From Emiliania huxleyi CCMP1516 (taxonomy: Eukaryota), in NCBI RefSeq assembly GCF_000372725.1, contig NW_005201392.1:252521-310722 (forward strand): a DNA stretch of 58,202 nt, given 5' to 3'. The first letter of the stretch is position 1. Every line of letters starts with the position of its first letter. The position numbers were made by a program, and so were the translations under genes. Shown piece by piece: positions 48,440 through 58,202 of the stretch. The notes beneath the pieces were generated by a model. The model did no database searches, was not told the DNA's origin, and saw nothing but the letters and a program-made list of their open reading frames with translations.

Positions 48440-50443
48440 ATGGAGAACGGGAACCTTCCCGAGGCGGGAAGGGAAGTGGTCTCGGAAGGTTTTGAGGCAG
48501 CAGCTCTCCAAGGCGACGAGGCGGCGCTGCTGGCGTGGCTCGACAGCGGCGGGCGTGTCAACGCGACCAGCAGGTCGAGCATCGCGAGCGGCATCACAGG
48601 GCTGATGCTATCCGCCGTCAACGGCCATGCACGGTTGGTCGACCTGCTGCTCAAGCGCGGCGCGGAGATCGACCAGCAGTGCAGCGTCGGCACCACCGCG
48701 CTGATGCACGCTGCCACCAAAGGCCACGAGCGGGTGGTCGAACTGCTGCTGCAGCGCGGCGCGGAGGTCAACCTGCAGAACAGCTACGGCGGCACCGCGC
48801 TGATGCTCGCCGCCCAGGAGGGCCACGAGCGGGCGGTCGAGCTGCTGCTTCAGCGCGGCGCGGATCCCAACCTGCAGAAGAGCGACGGCTGGACCGCGCT
48901 GATGCGCGCCGCCCAGGAGGGCCACGAGCGGGTGGTCGATTTGCTGCTTCAGCGCGGCGCAGAGCTCAACTTGCAGGACAGCATCGGCGTCACCGCGCTG
49001 ATGGCTGCCGCCTATTACGGCCACCCCGTAACCGTGCTACTCTTGCTGCGAGCCGGCGCGGATACGAAGCTGCGCACTGCGAAGGGCGAGTCCGCACTGC
49101 AGTACGCCAGGGAGGAGGGCCACGCCGAGTGCGTCGAGGCCTTCCGGCAGCACATCTCAGAGGTGACTGCGAGCCGGCGCGAGGCGGCGGCGGGCGGCGC
49201 GGGCGGCGCTTCCTTGGGCGAGGCGGCGGCCTCTTCCAGCTCGCTGGGCAGACTTCCCAAAGAGGCGATGGAAGCAGCTCTCCACGGCGACGAGGCGGCA
49301 CTGCTGGCGTGGATTGACAGCGGCGGGCGGGTCAATGCGACTTGCGTGGTAGATGTGAGCGGCGTCACCGTGCTGATGCTCGCCGCCGGCAGCGGCCACG
49401 AGCGGGCGATCGAGCTGCTGCTGCAGCGCGGCGCGGGTGCTAACTTGCAGGACAGCGACGGCGTCACCGCGCTGATGGGCGCCGCCTTCAAAGGCCACGA
49501 GCGGGTGGTCGACTTACTGCTTCAGCGCGGCGCGGATGCCAACTTGCAGGACAGAATCGGCGGCACCGCACTGATGCAAGCCGCCGACAACGGCCACGAG
49601 CGGGTGGTCGAGCTGCTGCTTCAGGGCGGCGCGGAGATCGACAAGCAGAAAAACGACGACGGCTGGACCGCGCTGATGGCCGCCGCCGTCAACGGCCACC
49701 CCGCCATCGTGCTCCGCCTGCTGCGGGCGGGCGCGGGTACGACGGCGTGCGATGCGGGTGGCTGGACGGCGCTGCAAATGGCCAAAAGCAAGGGCCACAG
49801 CGAGTGCGTGGGCGCCCTCGAGGAGCACGCGGCGGCGCAGGCAGCGGCGAGGGCGGTGGAGAGTGCGGCGGCAGAGGCGGAGGCGGCGCGGCATGCCGAG
49901 GCGCTGCTGGCGGAGGAGGAGGCGGAGAAGGAGGCGGGGCGCGCCAAGGAGCAAAGCAAGAAGGGCAAGAAGAAGAAGAAGAAGGGGAGGGGTGGCGGCG
50001 GAGGCGCTGGCCCGTCGCAGGAGCCCGAGGATGAGGCGGAAGAAGCGGGAGAGGGCGAGGCAGCGGCGGCGGTAGAGGAGGCGGAGCTGGCGGCGGCGCT
50101 CGAGGAGAGCGCGAGGCTGGAGGGAGCGAGGCCGGTGGTGGAGGAGCGGACGCTTGTCGCTGCGACTGAGGGCGGCTCGCCGTCGGCTGCAGAGGCGCCG
50201 GCTCCGAAGGAGGAGGAGGAGCCGCCGGCCGACTTCATCTGCCCGATCACGACCGAGATCATGGTCGAGCCAGTCGTGGCGGCCGATGGGCAGTCGTATG
50301 AGCGGACGGCGATCGAGCGTTGGCTCGCGACCAAGTCGACGAGCCCGCTGACCGGCGGCGAGCTCGAGCATAGCATCCTGATCCCGAACCACAACTTGCG
50401 CCGGACGATTCGAGAGTGGCAGGAGGCGCGGGCGTCACTTTGA
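48440..50443 (+). CDS. Ankyrin-repeat U-box E3 ubiquitin ligase (intronless, two duplicated ankyrin blocks)
   Basis: Many GxTALMxAAxxGHxRVVxLLLxxGA repeats and C-terminal PPADFICPITTEIMVEPVVAADGQSYERTAIERWL...TSPLTG..LIPNHNLR. Confidence 0.95.
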   Translation: MENGNLPEAGREVVSEGFEAAALQGDEAALLAWLDSGGRVNATSRSSIASGITGLMLSAVNGHARLVDLLLKRGAEIDQQCSVGTTALMHAATKGHERVVELLLQRGAEVNLQNSYGGTALMLAAQEGHERAVELLLQRGADPNLQKSDGWTALMRAAQEGHERVVDLLLQRGAELNLQDSIGVTALMAAAYYGHPVTVLLLLRAGADTKLRTAKGESALQYAREEGHAECVEAFRQHISEVTASRREAAAGGAGGASLGEAAASSSSLGRLPKEAMEAALHGDEAALLAWIDSGGRVNATCVVDVSGVTVLMLAAGSGHERAIELLLQRGAGANLQDSDGVTALMGAAFKGHERVVDLLLQRGADANLQDRIGGTALMQAADNGHERVVELLLQGGAEIDKQKNDDGWTALMAAAVNGHPAIVLRLLRAGAGTTACDAGGWTALQMAKSKGHSECVGALEEHAAAQAAARAVESAAAEAEAARHAEALLAEEEAEKEAGRAKEQSKKGKKKKKKGRGGGGGAGPSQEPEDEAEEAGEGEAAAAVEEAELAAALEESARLEGARPVVEERTLVAATEGGSPSAAEAPAPKEEEEPPADFICPITTEIMVEPVVAADGQSYERTAIERWLATKSTSPLTGGELEHSILIPNHNLRRTIREWQEARASL

Positions 50444-50916
50444 GCGGACGCACGGCGTTTTAAACGGTCGGCCGCGCGTGTTTTCTCTGCGGTGTACGGC
50501 TCTAGCCCGTAGCGCCGTAACGGGCCTAAAAGCCGATTGGCAAATGTGAACGAAAAGACCCATACCTACGCTTCTGTGGATGTGGTCGACTCCTTCGCGC
50601 GACCGCACATCTCGACGTGCATCGCCCAGTAGAGCTGTTTAACGTTGGGAGCTGAACACAGTGTTGCTAGTGTTAACAGTATAACAACAGAATATGGGCC
50701 ATGGAGTTACCGAGTACACCTGTAGGATTATCTTCCGGCGTGTTTCTGGCCTTGGATTCGTGATTAGCACCCTAAATAATGCCGGGGAACGCCCTTACCC
50801 GGAGAATTCGGGAGGTCGAGAAATCGACCCCTGTGGCAGCTGGTCGGGACGCGGCACAAACGGGGCACAAACGCCAGGCTACAAAGACGGGGAGGCACGT
50901 AGTGACGCAGGGGAGT

Positions 50917-52200
50917 CTAGGCGACGGCGGCGTCCTCCGACGCCGCGGCGAGCCTGAGCTCGGTCGCAATCTCTTCCGCCGCCGCGAGCTGCAGCGCGAC
51001 TGACATGCGCTGGGCCTGCAGCGACAGCCACGACTGCGTCGACCAGCTCGCCTCGTCCTCGTGCTGCCGCTTCGAGAGCTTGTTGCGCACCTTGTCCTTC
51101 ATCTGGTAGAACAGCCGTTTGACCGCGTTGCACCACCCGCCGAAGGTTTCGAACAGGTACATCTGCACGTCGGTGTCCGAGCGCGAGAGGGCGTGCGCGT
51201 AGTCCGCCTTCTTGTACGCCACATAGCCGCCGCCGTCGCTCGGCCTGAAGTCGCCGTCCCCGACAGCGCCGCGCTGCTCGAGGCCGAAGACGTCCGCGCT
51301 CGTGCCGGGCTCGGTGTTGCCGAGGCCGACGAAAGCGCCCCGCTGGCCGACGTCCTCCGGGTTGGAGGAGAGCGAGTCCTTGAACTTGACGTCGCCGACG
51401 AGGCGCGAGCGCGAGCGGCCGGCGCCCGCCACCGAGACGTCGGGCCGGTAGTCGTTAGAGTAGCCGAGGTGGTCCCGCGGCTCCACCTCGACGAGCATGC
51501 CCCACACGCTCCGCATGACCTTGGCCAGGGCGGCGAGGAGGCTGTTATGGCGGCCGCAGTGCCCGAGGCGGCCGATGTTGCTGGCCGCGTCGCCCAGTGG
51601 GTCCTGCACCTTGCCGCCGCGCGCCGAGCAGGTCGGCGCGCCCCGCGCGAGCGCCTCGTCAAGTGGTAGCCCGAGGCGCCGCTGGACGGCGATGCGCACA
51701 GCGCCCACGTCGGGATACGAAAGTCGCGGCGCGAGGGGACGGCGTTGAGGAAGGCGCCCGCCTGGTACTGGCTGACGGCGATGAAGCGCACCGCCTCCCG
51801 CCTAGCCACGCCCGGTAGCTGCAACGCATTCCAAAAGCCGAGCCATGCTGCATGATGAATGATCTGGGAGTAGCGACGCTGTGCGCTTTGTAGATGCTCA
51901 CTGCCAGAATCGAAGCAGGCCAACGGGAGGAGTGTGTCGCGGTCGGGGAGGCCGTCGGGGTGAAATCGGAAGTGTGCGAGGCCCTCCTTGCAGTAGTCGA
52001 AGACCTGGCGCGGTCGTACTTCTCGTAGGTCCTCGCCACGTAGTCGTAGTCATCGAGGAGGGTGCTGTGTGCGTCCTGCAGCTCGGTGAAGATGGAGAGC
52101 TGCTGGAAGTCAGCCGCCGACTCGGCCGTGATGTCGACGGCTCGGAAAGGCGCGTGGAGCTGCCGGAGACCAGGGCTCAGAAAATCCTGCTCCCTGCTCG
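50917..52200 (-). mobile_element. 5'-truncated, frameshifted CRE-like non-LTR retrotransposon (C-terminal restriction-like endonuclease region)
   Basis: AGAFLNAVP, RRLGLPL, RHN, YRPDV, VGDVK and FETFGG motifs. Frameshifts near 51705 and about 51990; no RT domain present. Confidence 0.75.
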
Positions 52201-52325
52201 TGTGCAGCGGCATGGGGGTCCCTGTCCTCCTCCCATCCCCGCCGGTTTTATTTCTTTCTTTCTGCACTCTCTACATGACAAGCGATCCCACGACAGCGAC
52301 TGTGGGGACTTACATGATCCGTACA

Positions 52326-52384
52326 ACATGCACATGCACATGCACATGCACATGTACATGTCATGTGCATGTGCATGTGCATGT
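52326..52384. repeat. Inverted microsatellite (ACATGC)n followed by (ATGTGC)n
   Basis: Directly visible; self-complementary. Confidence 0.9.
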
Positions 52385-52599
52385 CCGCAGTACACTATTT
52401 GGCGGACCCTTCCCTCTTCCTCTCTCGAGCCCCAAAATTCTTGCTCGTTCATGGCAATGCCCTGCGCGGCCGGACGCAAAGCACCGGCGGCTGAGGCCGG
52501 AGCGAGAGTTGCACGCTGCCTCGGTCTGCAGATACTGCGTGGTGAGAGCGAGGCCGAGACCTCAGAGTCCCCCCCCCCCCCACCCTCTGTCTCGCTGGC

Positions 52600-55500
52600 G
52601 CACCAGTCGCCTCTCCGTCGCTCACTCGCTCTCCGGTGCGCCTGTCGCCCCCTACAGCACCGGCTCGCCCGAGAGCAGATCCAGCGCCTTGCGCGCGAGG
52701 GCGTGCACGAGCGCGAGCTGCGCCTCGTGCCTCGCAAACGCCGCCGCGGGCGCCAGCTGCAGCAGAGACGACAGGCAGACGGCCAGTGACGGCTCGCCCG
52801 GGGCGGACGGGTCGCCGCGCTTGGCGGCGGCGCGGAGCGCGCGCGGCGCCCGCGCGACGGCGGCCGCGGCGGCGTGCGTGAGCGGCGCGGCCGGCTGCAG
52901 TGCGGCCGGCTCCGGCGGCTGCGCCCAGGAGGAGAGGTGCTGGAGGAGGAGGTGGAGCGCTCTCTCGAGAGAGGCGAGGTGCGTGGCGGCGGCAGCGGTG
53001 GCGCGCGCGGTGCATGCGACCGCGAGGGCCTGTTCTCGGCAGTAAAGCGAGTGAGCCGTGGGCACCGCGTCGCCGCGCGGGCTGCACGGCGGGCACCTCG
53101 GTGCAACGCGCCAGCTGCGGCTGGTCGAAGTGGCGCGGCGGCGGGCGGAGCGAGTCAAGACCACCTGCTGTGAACGGCGCCTCTTCACATCCATTGCTGT
53201 GAACAGGCGGGCGGAGCGCGTCAGCGGCACCAGTGCGGGACGCCAGGGCGAGCGGCGTCGAGTCCGCCGCGAGCAGCTCGTCTGAGAGCGAGGCGAAGGT
53301 GCCCCGCAGCTGCTGCGCCGTCGCTGAGGGCAGCGACTTGGCGAGCGAGGCGAGCGAGGCGCACCGCTCGTCCGCAGCGACGAGGCGGCCGCGGCAAGCG
53401 CCGATCAGCCGCCGCACGGCTGCGATGGGGGGCGCCCCCTCCGCAAGAGCACCGCCTTCGCGCAGCGACGGGGAGAAGAGGAGCGCCTCACTCAGCGGCG
53501 GCCGCGCCGCGGAGTGCACAAACGCGACCAGCGGCGCGAGGAGCGCCTCGATCGCCGCCGCCTCCGCCGCCGCGCCGCCGTCGCCGCCCATCTCGACGTC
53601 GGCTTCGTCGAGGGAGAGGCCGAGGAGCCGGCCGTCCCCTCCCCCCGCCATAGCCCGAATCCTGCCGTCCCCTCCCCCCCCGCCCCACTCGGTGGCGCGG
53701 TGCGCCGTCGACCCCCCCTCGGCCGCGGCGGCGGCGTCGACCAGCGCGGCGGCGAGGGGAGAGAGGAGGCGCGTGCTGGCGGCCACGAAGTCGGCCCCGC
53801 CCGAGCTGAGCAACAGTGGCGCGTGCGACGCGGCGAGCGGCGCGAGCAGGGCGGCGACGCCGCGCGCACTCGCGAGGGCCGCCAGCCGCGCGCGCGAGCG
53901 CGGCGGGAAGCGCAGCGGCGCGCGCAGCAGCCGCACCATCGCGCGCCGGCGAGCCGCGTCGCAACCGACCACCTCGGCGGCGACGCCGGCCGCGTGGCGG
54001 CGGGCCGGGTCGCTCTTGGCGGCAAGCAGTGCCGCGCTGCTGGCGCGGAGCAGCGGAGAGAGCAGTCTCGCGTGCAGCGCCGCCGTGCGCTCCGCCTCGG
54101 CGTCCGCCGCGCCTCCGTCGCGAGCCACCTGCGGGCGGGAAGCCGAGGGAGGGAGGGGTGGANNNNNNNNNNNNNNNNNNNNNNNNNNNNNNNNNNNNNN
54201 NNNNNNNNNNNNNNNNNNNNNNNNNNNNNNNNNNNNNNNNNNNNNNNNNNNNNNNNNNNNNNNNNNNNNNNNNNNNNNNNNNNNNNNNNNNNNNNNNNNN
54301 NNNNNNNNNNNNNNNNNNNNNNNNNNNNNNNNNNNNNNNNNNNNNNNNNNNNNNNNNNNNNNNNNNNNNNNNNNNNNNNNNNNNNNNNNNNNNNNNNNNN
54401 NNNNNNNNNNNNNNNNNNNNNNNNNNNNNNNNNNNNNNNNNNNNNNNNNNNNNNNNNNNNNNNNNNNNNNNNNNNNNNNNNNNNNNNNNNNNNNNNNNNN
54501 NNNNNNNNNNNNNNNNNNNNNNNNNNNNNNNNNNNNNNNNNNNNNNNNNNNNNNNNNNNNNNNNNNNNNNNNNNNNNNNNNNNNNNNNNNNNNNNNNNNN
54601 NNNNNNNNNNNNNNNNNNNNNNNNNNNNNNNNNNNNNNNNNNNNNNNNNNNNNNNNNNNNNNNNNNNNNNNNNNNNNNNNNNNNNNNNNNNNNNNNNNNN
54701 NNNNNNNNNNNNNNNNNNNNNNNNNNNNNNNNNNNNNNNNNNNNNNNNNNNNNNNNNNNNNNNNNNNNNNNNNNNNNNNNNNNNNNNNNNNNNNNNNNNN
54801 NNNNNNNNNNNNNNNNNNNNNNNNNNNNNNNNNNNNNNNNNNNNNNNNNNNNNNNNNNNNNNNNNNNNNNNNNNNNNNNNNNNNNNNNNNNNNNNNNNNN
54901 NNNNNNNNNNNNNNNNNNNNNNNNNNNNNNNNNNNNNNNNNNNNNNNNNNNNNNNNNNNNNNNNNNNNNNNNNNNNNNNNNNNNNNNNNNNNNNNNNNNN
55001 NNNNNNNNNNNNNNNNNNNNNNNNNNNNNNNNNNNNNNNNNNNNNNNNNNNNNNCAGAGGCCCCGTCGGGGCGGGAGGGCACCGCCCGCAGCGGCAACGC
55101 TGCCTGCTGCGGGGGGGACCCCGCCGCGCCGCTCTTCGGGCGGTGCGGCGCGCCAAGCCGCAGCAGGCAGAGCATCGCAACGTAGACCTGGCAGCGCGCC
55201 TCCGCCGTCGGGGCGGCGGGGCCGCTCGCCGGAGACAGTGCGAGCGGCAGTGGGTGAGCAGCTGCAGGTGGGCGGCGGGCGGCAGCATCGGCGCCGTGCC
55301 GAGGCCGACGAGCAGGGCGGAGGCCCACTCGCAGAGAGGAGGCGCGAGGTGGGGCGCGGCAGAGGGAGGGAGGGAGGGCAGCCAGCCGAAGGCCGCCTCG
55401 GAGGCCTGCAGACGCGGGGCAGAGTAGTCGATCTCGCCGCAGCCGCGGCCGAGCAGCACGCACACGTCGCGCAAGCCGCGGAGGGCGTGCCCACATGCGT

Positions 55501-58202
55501 GCGCCTGCTGCTGCAGCTCGTTGAAGGCGACGGCCGCGCGCAAAGCGGACCGCCGCTCCGCCGCCCCAGCGCCGGGGAGGGCGGCGTCGAGGGCCGCGGC
55601 GTCGAGCAGCTGGACGGCGCCATCGCCGCGCGCCTCGCTCACCGCGAACGCGCCCCCGTCGGAAGGGACGATGCCTGGCAGCGGCGGGGACGGCCCGCCG
55701 AGCCGCGCCGCGGCGACCTGCACGAGCGCGGCGACGGCGGAGCAGAGGGGCGAATCGTGCGGCGGAGGGCCGTCGGCGGGCGGGGCTAGGAGGGCGAGGA
55801 GGAGGGGCTCGAGCGACTGCTCGCCCCACCGCCCGTCCGAGAGCGCCTCGGGCGAGGGAGAAGATGCGGGGCGGGTGGCGGCGGCGAGCGCGGCGGCGGC
55901 GATCTTGAAGCGGAAGCCGGCGGCGTGGAGGAGGGCGGTGGCGTCGGCGGCGGAGGAGCGCGCGAGGGGCAGCACCAGCTCGGACGTGGCGGCGAGGAGA
56001 GGAGGCAGAGCGGCGGAGGCGGCGAGGGCGTCGAGGGCGGCTGGCGCGGCGGTGGGGTGGGTGCACGCGGCGAGGACGAGCTCGGCGCCGATCTCCGCCA
56101 AGGGGGCTCGATCGCGCGCGAGGCGCAGCAGCGCGGCGAGCATCGGGGCCGCCTAGGAAGTGTCTAGGAGGTGTCTAGGAGGTGTCTAGGAAGTGTCTGG
56201 CAGCGCGGCGAGCATCGGGGCCGCCTAGGAAGTGTCTAGGAGGTGTCTAGGAGGTGTCTAGGAAGTGTCTGGCAGCGCGGCGAGCATCGGGGCCGCCTAG
56301 GAAGTGTCTAGGAGGTGTCTAGGAGGTGTCTAGGAAGTGTCTGGCAGCGCGGCGAGCATCGGGGCCGCCTAGGAAGTGTCTAGGAGGTGTCTAGGAAGTG
56401 TCTAGGAAGTGTCTGGCAGCGCGGCGAGCATCGGGGCCGCTAAGGAAGTGTCTAGGAGGTGTCTAGGAGGTGTCTAGGAAGTGTCTGGCAGCGCGGGGCC
56501 CGCCACGAGCGGCTAGGAAGTGTCTAGGAGGTGTCTAGGAGGTGTCTAGGAAGTGTCTAGGTCGGGGCCGCCTCTCCCGGTGAGTGCGCGGGGTGCCCCC
56601 CCTCGCACACCAAACCGAGCAGGGCGAGCGCCGTTGGAGAGGCGGGAAGCGCGGCCACCGCCGCCCGGCCGCCGTTTCCGTGCCCGACCCGCTGTACGTC
56701 GTCCAGCATAAGGAGGAGAAGAGTGCACGCGGGCGAGGCCGCCGCCCCGGCCGGCTCGTGCACAGGGCGGAGGGACGACCCCGACGCGGCGAGCGAGCGG
56801 TGCGGCGGGGGCGGAGGGGGCGGCAAGTGCTCGGCCANNNNNNNNNNNNNNNNNNNNNNNNNNNNNNNNNNNNNNNNNNNNNNNNNNNNNNNNNNNNNNN
56901 NNNNNNNNNNNNNNNNNNNNNNNNNNNNNNNNNNNNNTGCTGCTGCAGCTCGTGAAAGGCGACGGCCGCGCGCAAAGCGGACCGCGGCTCCGCCGCCCCA
57001 GCGCCGGGGAGGGCGGCGTCGAGGGCCGCGGCGTCGAGCAGCTGGACGGCGCCATCGCCGCGCGCCTCGCTCACCGCGAACGCGCCCCCGTCGGAAGGGA
57101 CGATGCCTGGCAGCGGCGGGGACGGCCCGCCGAGCCGCGCCGCGGCGACCTGCACGAGCGCGGCGACGGCGGAGCAGAGGGGCGAATCGTGCGGCGGAGG
57201 GCCGTCGGCGGCCGGGGCTAGGAGGGCGAGGAGGAGGGGCTCGAGCGACTGCTCGCCCCACCGCCCGTCCGAGAGCGCCTCGGGCGAGGGAGAAGATGCG
57301 GGGCGGGGAGGCGTGCGGGCGGACTAGGAAGGAGGGGCTTCCCCGTGTCTGCTGGCGAGCAGTGTCTGCTGGCGAGTGTCTGCTGGCGAGCAGTGTCTGC
57401 TGGCGAGTGTCTGCTGGCGAGCAGCGCGCCTCCGCCGGGGGAGAGCGGGCCGCCGAGCTGGTGGCCTCCGAGGGGGGCGGGGGCAGAGGAGAGGGGCTCG
57501 GCGAAGGCGGCGAGTGCGAGCAGCGTCGCCGCCTTGACCTGTTCGCAGCTCGAGGTGTGAGGAGACGCTGCTCACAGCTAGAGGCGAGCCGCGTCGCCGC
57601 CTCTAGCTGTGACCTGAGGGTCCGCCTGCGTCTAGGAAGTGTCTAGGAGGTGTCTAGGAAGTGTCTAGGAAGTGTCTAGGAAGTGTCTAGGAAGTGTCTA
57701 GGAAGTGTCTAGGAGGTGTCTAGGAAGTGTCTAGGAAGTGTCTAGGAGGTGTCTAGGAAGTGTCTAGGAAGTGTCTAGGAGGTGTCTAGGAAGTGTCTAG
57801 GAAGTGTCTAGGAAGTGTCTAGGAAGTGTCTAGGAAGTGTCTAGGAAGTGTCTAGGAAGTGTCTAGGAAGTGTCTAGGAAGTGTCCAGGAAGTGTCTAGG
57901 AAGTGTCTAGGAAGTGTCTAGGAAGTGTCTAGGAAGTGCCTTCGAACCTGAGGGTCCGCCTGCGTCTGCAGCAGCGCCACGAGGCCCTGCACCGCGCCCG
58001 CGCTGTGCCATTCGAGCCGCAGCGGCTCGGCGCGGGCGGCGAGGGCGGCGAGCAGGCGCAGCGTCGCCGCCCAGCGAGGGAAGCACGACGCGAGCACACG
58101 CACGACCTGCTCCGACTCCTGCACCGCGCCGCGCGCGCGCAGCATGTCTACCTCGTCCAGCCTCTCGCCAATGTACTCGTGGAACCGCAATGACTGCAGC
58201 GG
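52600..58202 (-). CDS. Large multi-exon alpha-solenoid protein, probably nucleoporin Nup205/Nup192-like (partial; starts beyond the window, interrupted by gaps)
   Basis: Ala/Leu-rich helical exons. ALRAAVAFNELQQQAHACGHALRGLRDVC, LHARLLSPLLR and LERALHLLLQHL resemble Nup205 C-terminal segments from memory only. Confidence 0.45.
56128..56560. repeat. 72-bp higher-order repeat (exon start + acceptor + 11-bp CTAGGAAGTGT units), 5 full copies and 1 partial
   Basis: Units start at 56128, 56200, 56272, 56344, 56416 and 56488. Confidence 0.93.
57632..57938. repeat. Intronic 11-bp tandem repeat (CTAGGAAGTGT)n
   Basis: Directly visible. Confidence 0.97.

Noticed and set aside
52449..56143. Very long ORFs (600-1200 aa) in the ORF track
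   Set aside because: They read through N gaps and GC-rich off-frame sequence, so they are not real single ORFs.
55506..57307. Near-identical duplication of about 370 bp of an exon (55506-55875 vs 56938-57307)
   Set aside because: The second copy abuts an N gap and differs by a few SNPs; most likely an allelic contig or assembly artefact.

Overview
GC-rich eukaryotic nuclear scaffold with several N gaps. GC-AG introns, introns filled with 10-11 bp tandem repeats and TTAGGG tracts suggest a haptophyte such as Emiliania/Gephyrocapsa huxleyi (inference). Recognisable genes: a Cys/Met PLP enzyme (cystathionine gamma-lyase/synthase family), RPS29, a sulfotransferase-like gene, a FANCM/Mph1 helicase, an aldo-keto reductase, ankyrin-RING and ankyrin-U-box E3 ligases, and a probable Nup205-like gene. 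The most striking element is an intronless 3.8-kb ORF (22469-26308, minus) that fuses a divergent C5-cytosine DNA methyltransferase-like domain to a RanBP2 zinc finger, tentative GNAT-like and Tudor-like regions and a C-terminal PHD finger. It lies head-to-head with FANCM, about 150 bp away. The 35-48 kb region holds truncated or frameshifted genes (ADP-ribosyltransferase, DEAD-box helicase, B12-radical SAM, HET-LRR, malonyl-CoA decarboxylase, Cas1p/RWA). Mobile DNA includes a CACTA-ended TIR pair, a non-autonomous hAT-like element with an 8-bp TSD carrying telomeric repeats, a second TIR element, and a CRE-like non-LTR retrotransposon remnant. Many introns are bordered by direct copies of adjacent exon sequence, consistent with intron gain by tandem duplication. 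All calls rest on motif recognition by eye; no searches were run, and exon boundaries are approximate.
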